From the NCBI GenBank assembly GCA_000004985.1, contig GG738879.1: a stretch of 64,000 bases of DNA; one strand, written 5' to 3'. Positions 57,284 to 64,000 of this stretch are shown here, piece by piece. Both the position numbers and the translations under genes were made by a program. The notes under the pieces are model-generated. The model had not been told where the DNA came from, made no database searches, and saw only the letters and a program-made list of their open reading frames with translations. The stretch comes from Naegleria gruberi (taxonomy: Eukaryota). Numbering within the stretch: the stretch's first letter is position 1; every line of letters starts with the position of its first letter.

Positions 57284-58588
57284 TTAAAGAGTTAAAGGAT
57301 AATCAAATTCACCCTTCTTAATCATATCGTACACTTGTTCTACATCCTTATCACCACGTCCACTCAAATTGACCACAACAATATCATCATCCTTCAATTG
57401 ATTATTCTTGGCCATCTCAACCACATAGGCAAGAGCATGTGAACTTTCCAATGCAGGAATAATTCCCTCAGATTTTGACAATAACATGAATGCTTCCAAT
57501 ACTTGTTTCTTTGAAACTGTATAATATTCACATCTTCCAATTGATTTCAGATAGGAGTGAATTGAACCAACAGATGGATAGTCAAGACCAGCAGCAACTG
57601 AGTATGTTTTCTTTGGTTCTCCATTCTCATCGAGTAAACAGAGTGATTTAAAACCGTGGAGAATGTATGGAACACCTTCAGTGAGAGTTGGAGCTTCAAT
57701 TGGTTCAATGCCAAGTAATCTGACTTTTTCATCTTCACCCTTTCTGAGATAGTGAGAGAATGCACCAATGGCATTGGATCCACCACCAACACAAGCAATT
57801 ACCATGGTTGGGAGTTTGTTTTCTGCTTGGAGAATTTGTTGTCTTGATTCTTCTGAAATGACTGATTGGAAATGCTTGACCATATTTGGGAATGGACATG
57901 GTCCAACTGCAGAACCAAGTAAATAGAAAGTGTTTTCATAATTTTGAACCAAATCACCCAATGCTTCATCAACAGCATCTCTCAATCTTCCTTGTCCTTT
58001 TGTTACAGGAATAACCTTAGCTCCCAACATTTGCATTCTGAAAACATTCAAAGATTGTCTCCTACAATCCTCAGCTCCCATGTAAATGACACATTCTATA
58101 TTGCCGAATAAAGCACAGACCGCAGCCACAGCAGATCCATGTTGTCCTGCACCTGTCTCTGCAATAATTCTCTTTGCTCCCATACGTTTTGCTAGGAGAA
58201 TTTGTCCAATGCAATTATTAATTTTGTGAGAGCCCAAGTGAGCTGTATCTTCACGTTTGAGATAAATTTTGGCATTGGTTCCCAATTGCTTGGCAAAATT
58301 ACGAGCAGGAGAAAGTGGAGTTGGACGACCTACGAAATCACGAAGTAAATCTCTAAATTCCTTATTGAACTCTTCATCATCCTTATATTTCAAAAATTCA
58401 TCACGTAATCTCTCCAAAACCTTTTGCAATTGTGGAGGAACATGACAACCACCAAATTGGCATGATTCATCTTTAGTAATTCCATAAATTCCATTCATTT
58501 CATCATAATCATCAGCAATTATGCAATTTGGAACTGATCCATTCTTGGAAATTTGAACATCAACTTGTGAATTGGCAGTGGCAGACAT
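57284..58588 (-). CDS. trpB: tryptophan synthase beta chain (TrpB), stand-alone
   Basis: 434-aa single exon. HLGSHKINN (PLP-Lys), GAGQHGSAVAAVCALFG, VGGGSNAIG, GLDYPSVG. No fused TrpA domain in this ORF. Confidence 0.9.
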   Translation of the reverse strand: MSATANSQVDVQISKNGSVPNCIIADDYDEMNGIYGITKDESCQFGGCHVPPQLQKVLERLRDEFLKYKDDEEFNKEFRDLLRDFVGRPTPLSPARNFAKQLGTNAKIYLKREDTAHLGSHKINNCIGQILLAKRMGAKRIIAETGAGQHGSAVAAVCALFGNIECVIYMGAEDCRRQSLNVFRMQMLGAKVIPVTKGQGRLRDAVDEALGDLVQNYENTFYLLGSAVGPCPFPNMVKHFQSVISEESRQQILQAENKLPTMVIACVGGGSNAIGAFSHYLRKGEDEKVRLLGIEPIEAPTLTEGVPYILHGFKSLCLLDENGEPKKTYSVAAGLDYPSVGSIHSYLKSIGRCEYYTVSKKQVLEAFMLLSKSEGIIPALESSHALAYVVEMAKNNQLKDDDIVVVNLSGRGDKDVEQVYDMIKKGEFDYPLTL

Positions 58589-59356
58589 TTTATATAGTAG
58601 TAGTAGTAATGAGTTGTTTTTTTACAAATTGTTCTGATAAAAAGTGTATCTCTTAGTGGGAGAATTAAAATGCACGACAATAAGAAATTGAATCTTCTTT
58701 GAAAAAATCTAATATGGAAAGAATCATTATTTTGATGACCATACAAGATGATTGTGTGATGTGAAAATAGATGATTCTCTACTGTTGAATGCATGACAAC
58801 TTACTTTCGCTGTTTTTTTTAAATTGTGTTTTTATCCACAATGCTCTTTTACTGTTTCTTTAAATATTCACACACACGAACACGACAATAATTACGAGAG
58901 ATAAAATCAAATACCACTATTACAATGAGAAGAATAGCATCAGTGAGAAAATGATGATGCATTTCACACTAAACAATTCTCCGTGAAATTGCAGCATGTT
59001 ACTGATCAGGGGAAGAGTGTTTACAAAAAGATCTTCATTCTTAGAGGAATTTTTTAAACTCCTCAACTATTTGACTGTGTGGGAGTTTTTAGCTGATATT
59101 TTTCCTCTCGATAAAAATTGGAATGCTTTCCATAATTGGTTGAAATACTAGAATTGTGGCGTATGGTATTGAGGTAATTGTGGCGTTTTTAAACTCCTTT
59201 TGACCTCCTTACTTAGAGGAAATAAAGATTTTAATTTTTACAAATGGAGTTTGCTTATATATACAATAGTAAATTCATTTCTGCTGGTTATACAACTGGA
59301 GCAAGCAACTGGAGAAGAAAACGGTACTTTTCAAATCATGTTGAAAAGAATAAAAA

Positions 59357-59474
59357 GACTACAGCACCACAGGTTCCCAAGTTGTCTCCAACCTCAGTAC
59401 TGATGTGGCTCGACGATGCTTAACTTCTCAAATCGGACGGGATGAGGTGCATTCATCGTGATATGGCCGTAGCC
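59357..59474 (-). rRNA. 5S rRNA gene (full length, about 118 nt)
   Basis: Reverse complement GGCTACGGCCATATCACGATGAATGCACCTCATCCCGTCCGATTTGAGAAGTTAAGCATCGTCGAGCCACATCAGTACTGAGGTTGGAGACAACTTGGGAACCTGTGGTGCTGTAGTC followed by a T-run terminator. Confidence 0.8.
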
Positions 59475-59784
59475 ATCTACAACCTCAAAAATATTATGAT
59501 CAACAGTAGCCATTCGATATCTTACTTCATAAATTTATTGATTTCGTTCGTTTAATGGATGTGTGTCAACTGGTTCTTATTAGCAATTGAGATGGTATTA
59601 TTGCTAATAAGAATCATACATCTAATCATGGCAGAATACTTTTCAAGTTCAGTAGCTTTCCAATGATTGAATTTCTCAGTAAGAGCATTGAAATCACCAC
59701 AATTATCAAATGAAGGACAGTATAATAGAAAGCTAGGAATCAGAATAGAATTGAGCTAATGAGCTGTCAATCAAGTATAAAAAA

Positions 59785-60525
59785 ATGAATAATTTGGCAG
59801 GTGATGAGTTTTTTAACATCACAAACTTTCTTTTACTTCCTGAAATTCATAATTTGCAACTTTGTTGTAAATCTTTTTATGATTTGATTCAAAATTCCGA
59901 CTTCTTGTGGAAAGAACAATTGGAATACTATTTCCGATATTCTTTGATTAGAGGTTTAGTTTTCTCTAGCCGATTGTGGTTTGGGGAGGAAAGCAATCCG
60001 AAAATAATAATGAAGATTTTAATATCTAATATTCCAAAGTGTAATTACAATGAGAGTAATACTGCAGAGTTTTCATACTCCATGTCATTATTCGAAAGTG
60101 GAGGAAATTTACATAATTCAGCCGAATTAATAATTTTATGTACAGTGCTTCGAGTTTTGAATATCAAACAGTTGGATCATGTCGTTCTCTACAAACAGAC
60201 ACTTTCATTGGAAACTATTGAAACTATTTCCATTCCATTAACTCAGTTTAGTTTCTTTTTATTGAACTCATGGAATTATTTACCTTATTTATTTAATAAT
60301 TCGAATGATGAACAGAAAGTTGTTTATGGAATAGGTCATGAAGGAAAAGTTACCTGTTACTATTCGAAACTAATTCATCATTTACCTTGGATTGAAGATA
60401 ATAGAGTGGAATGGCATTCATCCAACACTGCTGAAATACTTCCTGATTTAAAAAATCAATTAACAATAATTTCAACAATGATTGACAAGGAAGAAAAAAC
60501 AGTATTTACAACGCTTTATAAATGA
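59785..60525 (+). CDS. F-box-like domain protein, unknown function
   Basis: 246-aa ORF. N-term LLLPEIHNLQLCCKSFYDLIQNSDFLWKEQL fits the F-box pattern. No further recognisable domain. Confidence 0.5.
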   Translation: MNNLAGDEFFNITNFLLLPEIHNLQLCCKSFYDLIQNSDFLWKEQLEYYFRYSLIRGLVFSSRLWFGEESNPKIIMKILISNIPKCNYNESNTAEFSYSMSLFESGGNLHNSAELIILCTVLRVLNIKQLDHVVLYKQTLSLETIETISIPLTQFSFFLLNSWNYLPYLFNNSNDEQKVVYGIGHEGKVTCYYSKLIHHLPWIEDNRVEWHSSNTAEILPDLKNQLTIISTMIDKEEKTVFTTLYK

Positions 60526-60770
60526 ATTATATTTAAATATGAAATATAATCAAGTGGCTTGAGGTGTTGTAATTCATTGGTTTTTTGATTATTTGAGAAA
60601 TACTTAAATTTTTGCTGACTTTACAACAGAGACTTTCTATTTCTTTAAATTTAGAATTTGAACCTTTTATTTGAATCTGCAAGTTTGCACATTTATCACG
60701 TTTCCAAAATTATTCAATTATCTTATTCAATCTAATCAACCAAAACTTAACAATACAAAAAAAAAATAGA

Positions 60771-61811
60771 ATGATATTAATTTTAGATTCTCATCTTAAT
60801 CTCGGTCCATTAAATACATTACTATCCAATACCTTCAAGGAAACTTCACAACAATCAATAATTGAGAGCAAGAGAATACAAGATAGATTCATCAAACAGT
60901 TTAGAAATTTTACTAAATATTTTAAACAATTCAACTCTATTGATTTATTATTCCAAGCAATAGTTGACAGGTCACTTGAAAAAAGATTTCCTTTCCCTCA
61001 CGATTTTTACCCAATCATTAATTCGATTCTTCCAATTCCAAACATGTTTTATTGTAATAATTATTATCAGGAATGTGTACGGATTGATTTTATGCAATTT
61101 TTCTATTATACGAAAACAACAAAATTTGTTGAATTCCTTCAGGTGAAGGAAAATAATTTGAAAGAAGCTTTTGAGATGGTGGTTGGGTTTAGATCAAAGG
61201 ATGTTATTGACTGTTGTAATCAAACAGAATTTCATGAGTTAGTAAAGATTGCATGTGAAATTTATCCGAATGTGCCAGAACTGCTTTCGAATAGAATTCT
61301 CAATGATGAAGCAATATTTTGGTTGTTGTGTTCAAACAGTGAGATTCTAATGGATGTTGGAGATGAACAATATTCAACAATAATGAATTTCCTTGAGGAA
61401 CATGTTTCAACTATTTGTAAATTTATTGGAGATTGTGACAGCTTATCATTTGATTATGCTTGGATTGATTATGAACCAGAATGTCATTATTATAGTGCCA
61501 AAAGAGTATTAGATATTTTCATTAAAATACTTATCAGATGTGAAGAAAGAAATCCAATACTCGAGCTTGAACAAATTCAAAGAGAATTCAATTCCAGATT
61601 TGACAGAATTATGGGTATTGATAAGGAAAAGAGAGATGATGAATACCATTATGTTTTTGGTATGGGTCCAAGACCAAAGTATGATAGTGATGATTATATG
61701 GATGAAAGTGAAGACGAAATTGAGGAAGAAACAGAAGATGAAATGGAAGATGAATACCAAGATGAGAGTGAAGACTATTTAGAGGATAAATACGATATTA
61801 AACTTGTGTAG
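60771..61811 (+). CDS. hypothetical protein with acidic (D/E-rich) C-terminus
   Basis: 346-aa ORF after aaaaaaaaa ATG. C-terminal DDYMDESEDEIEEETEDEMEDEYQDESEDYLEDKYD. No recognisable domain. Confidence 0.5.
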   Translation: MILILDSHLNLGPLNTLLSNTFKETSQQSIIESKRIQDRFIKQFRNFTKYFKQFNSIDLLFQAIVDRSLEKRFPFPHDFYPIINSILPIPNMFYCNNYYQECVRIDFMQFFYYTKTTKFVEFLQVKENNLKEAFEMVVGFRSKDVIDCCNQTEFHELVKIACEIYPNVPELLSNRILNDEAIFWLLCSNSEILMDVGDEQYSTIMNFLEEHVSTICKFIGDCDSLSFDYAWIDYEPECHYYSAKRVLDIFIKILIRCEERNPILELEQIQREFNSRFDRIMGIDKEKRDDEYHYVFGMGPRPKYDSDDYMDESEDEIEEETEDEMEDEYQDESEDYLEDKYDIKLV

Positions 61812-62332
61812 TAAATAGAATAAGAATAATTGTTCCTTAGTATCGTTCCTTAATTAAGTGAGGTGGCAAAAAATCCTCAACAATATCATAGTGATTCACA
61901 TTACTACATTATCACAAATGTTCGGAAAGAGGGAGGACCACAATATTAATCAGCTTCAACCTAACCATGAAGAGAGGAGCTACGATGCATCTGAAGTAAA
62001 AATTGGAGATAGTGGTGTTTTGCTAGTGATACGTTGAAACAAGACAAAGAAATTGCAAAAAAAGTAATTAAGCAAAATCATTGGGCAATTGACATGGTAG
62101 ATCAACGCACTCTAGCTGAGATAATTCATTAAGACAATTTCTTGGATGACTTGTCAAAACAAAACGGTATTGATTACTCCCATTTGAAACCAGAATATCC
62201 AAAAATTGATCACAGTGCCTACTCAAATTATCAATAAGTTTTCTGGGTTTCCAGTGAGATTCCGAGTAGGTAAGGAAGAAAGGAATGTTTTTTGGAGAAA
62301 TTTGAACTGTAAAATTATTGTAAAGATGAAAA

Positions 62333-62450
62333 GACTACAGCACCACAGGTTCCCAAGTTGTCTCCAACCTTAGCACTGATGTGGCTCGACGATGCTTAAC
62401 TTCTCAAATCGGACGGGATGAGGTGCATTCATCGTGATATGGCCGTAGTC
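62333..62450 (-). rRNA. 5S rRNA gene (full length)
   Basis: Same sequence as the 59357 copy apart from 3 substitutions (5' GACTAC end gives perfect terminal helix with GTAGTC). T-run terminator. Confidence 0.8.
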
Positions 62451-63135
62451 ATATATTTTCTTTAATTGTGAAATATAATTGTATCTGTAGTTTTTCGACA
62501 ACAGACACATGTCCTGTACAACAATGAAATTGAGCATTGCCTATGACAAGTAAATGCATGGATGTGAGCTTCAAAATATGAAAGTTACATTTTCCAAAAA
62601 TATAAATAGATAGCAAGTGGGTTGAACGATTGAAATTGTCTCTTGTTCAATTAAAAAAAAGAAACCTACTGCAATGAATACACTAGCTATTATGATTATA
62701 GATTTATTGAGCCCTCTTGTACTTTTACTAATCAATTAATAGTTGAGAATAGAGTTTAAGAGGGCTGACAATTATTTCTCTCACTCAGTATTTGCAGAAT
62801 TGTAAATCCACAGCACTCCTAATATCAAGAACAAAACCACAATTATATGATAGTAGATTGAATCAATTCAGTTTTAAATAAATCTCTGTTGTACAATTCA
62901 CTTAATATTAAACTATTCTCATAAATCAAAGTACTCTAAATACTGGAGCACGCTTCACTTCTTAAACAATCAACAATAATGAAAAGAGTTTCTATATAAT
63001 CAACTGAACTACTGCCTCAAACACATTCTGGACAATAGGCAACTTCAGTTCTGAACAATAATCAGATCTGTCTTCTGGATATTTAATTTTCTTCTTTTTT
63101 TATTTACAAATTTAGGATAATTTACAAGTATTAGT

Positions 63136-63432
63136 TTACATCTTTTTCGATTTGGTAATCTTCTTAGTTGTGGTGGTTGATTGTTTAGCTCTCTTTTCAA
63201 TTGAATTTTTCGAAGATCTTTTCACTGAAATTTGTTTACCATTTAAATTTGCATGATGATAATCAATATCATTACGATGTCTTGTTCCACTTATAATATT
63301 TGAAGTATCAATATCAAATAATGGTAATCTTTTAGATAAATCTACTGGTTTAGATCTTGACCATTCTGTTTTTGTTGGAATTCTATCTTCGGAAGATGAA
63401 GAAGTATTTGATGAAGTATTTCTAGCTGGCAT
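63136..63432 (-). CDS. possible small basic Ser/Thr-rich protein (98 aa)
   Basis: ORF MPARNTSSNTSSSSEDRIPTK…KSKKM with no homology evident. Weak coding evidence. Confidence 0.3.
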   Translation of the reverse strand: MPARNTSSNTSSSSEDRIPTKTEWSRSKPVDLSKRLPLFDIDTSNIISGTRHRNDIDYHHANLNGKQISVKRSSKNSIEKRAKQSTTTTKKITKSKKM

Positions 63433-63905
63433 TTTGCTGTTAGTTTTTGTTATTTAGTTATTTTGTTTTGTTGTGGAAATATCATTATCGATACCAGTTG
63501 ATCTATTTATTTCCATGATGATTTCCACTAATTTTGTGATTCCGATTTTTAGTGGATTTTCCACTCATCACAAGAAGTTGAATTTTTCTATTAATATTTT
63601 GATGAAAGGAAATTTCATGAAAATCAACAACAAAAGAAAATAACAAAACAACATGTTCTAGGCGATTTATTTCGCTTAAATTTTAGGCGAAATTTATCTA
63701 GGCGAATAAAATCTGCATGCTTGGGTCATGCGAAATTTATCCTTATGGTCATAACTTCCATAAATATTGAATATGTTGAGAAAAGGTGTTTATCATTCTA
63801 CTTTTCCAATGTTGGAGGTATGAACAACAAGGTCAAAACCATCGTCACAAGTCATATTTTATATGGTGTTAAAGATTGGACTCTTTCTACCTGATTCAAT
63901 AAGAT

Positions 63906-63956
63906 ANNNNNNNNNNNNNNNNNNNNNNNNNNNNNNNNNNNNNNNNNNNNNNNNNN
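63906..63956. other. assembly gap (51 N) flanked by a direct repeat
   Basis: Run of n characters. The 44 bp after the gap (63957..64000) repeat 63589..63633 with one mismatch. Confidence 0.95.
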
Positions 63957-64000
63957 ATTAATATTTTGATGAAAGGAAATTTAATGAAAATCAACAACAA

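Noticed and set aside
1-64000. Prokaryotic-style systems (CRISPR arrays, restriction-modification or toxin-antitoxin operons, phage islands, defence islands)
   Set aside because: The window is eukaryotic: spliceosomal GT-AG introns, eukaryotic tRNA-His (A73, no G-1), 5S genes with T-run terminators, poly-A leaders before ATGs, and nuclear-encoded mitochondrial proteins with presequences. No direct-repeat/spacer arrays or operon-like co-directional short-spaced gene strings occur.

Overview
This window is compact, AT-rich eukaryotic nuclear DNA, not prokaryotic. It holds about 35 protein-coding genes on both strands, roughly one per 1.8 kb. Many genes are interrupted by very short GT-AG introns of 41-86 nt (a few near 200 nt), with GTAAGT/GTATGT/GTTAGT donors and (A/T)-rich ...AG acceptors. 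The ORF track therefore often splits one gene into 2-5 ORFs, which I rejoined by hand. Start codons sit after A-runs, stops are mostly TAA/TAG, and the genetic code appears standard. Coding regions carry poly-N/Q/S/T low-complexity tracts.

Gene content is typical of a free-living amoeboid protist. It includes a RasGEF, a RhoGAP, an ankyrin-repeat kinase, a Sel1-repeat protein, F-box proteins, a membrane nucleotidyl cyclase with an extracellular NIT-like sensor, a mitochondrial-clan P450, an SLC5 symporter, an ADCK kinase, CNOT2, Rpn12, MTFP1, a bacterial-type mitochondrial AspRS and TrpB. A clear IFT139/TTC21B homologue implies the organism builds cilia or flagella. That argues against dictyostelids and fits an amoeboflagellate (Heterolobosea-like) or a flagellated amoebozoan. 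I cannot name the taxon from sequence alone.

RNA genes are tRNA-Asp(GTC), tRNA-His(GTG), two identical tRNA-Val(AAC) with conserved flanks, and three dispersed 5S rRNA genes, one carrying a 15-nt internal deletion.

There is no CRISPR array, operon or obvious transposon. The most unusual items are the NIT-sensor cyclase, an F-box + degenerate Ras-like GTPase with CAAX, a secreted poly-basic tandem-repeat protein, a secreted C39-like papain-fold peptidase with mucin-like linker, the 5S locus structure, and a GC-rich structured intergenic element at about 7555-7720.
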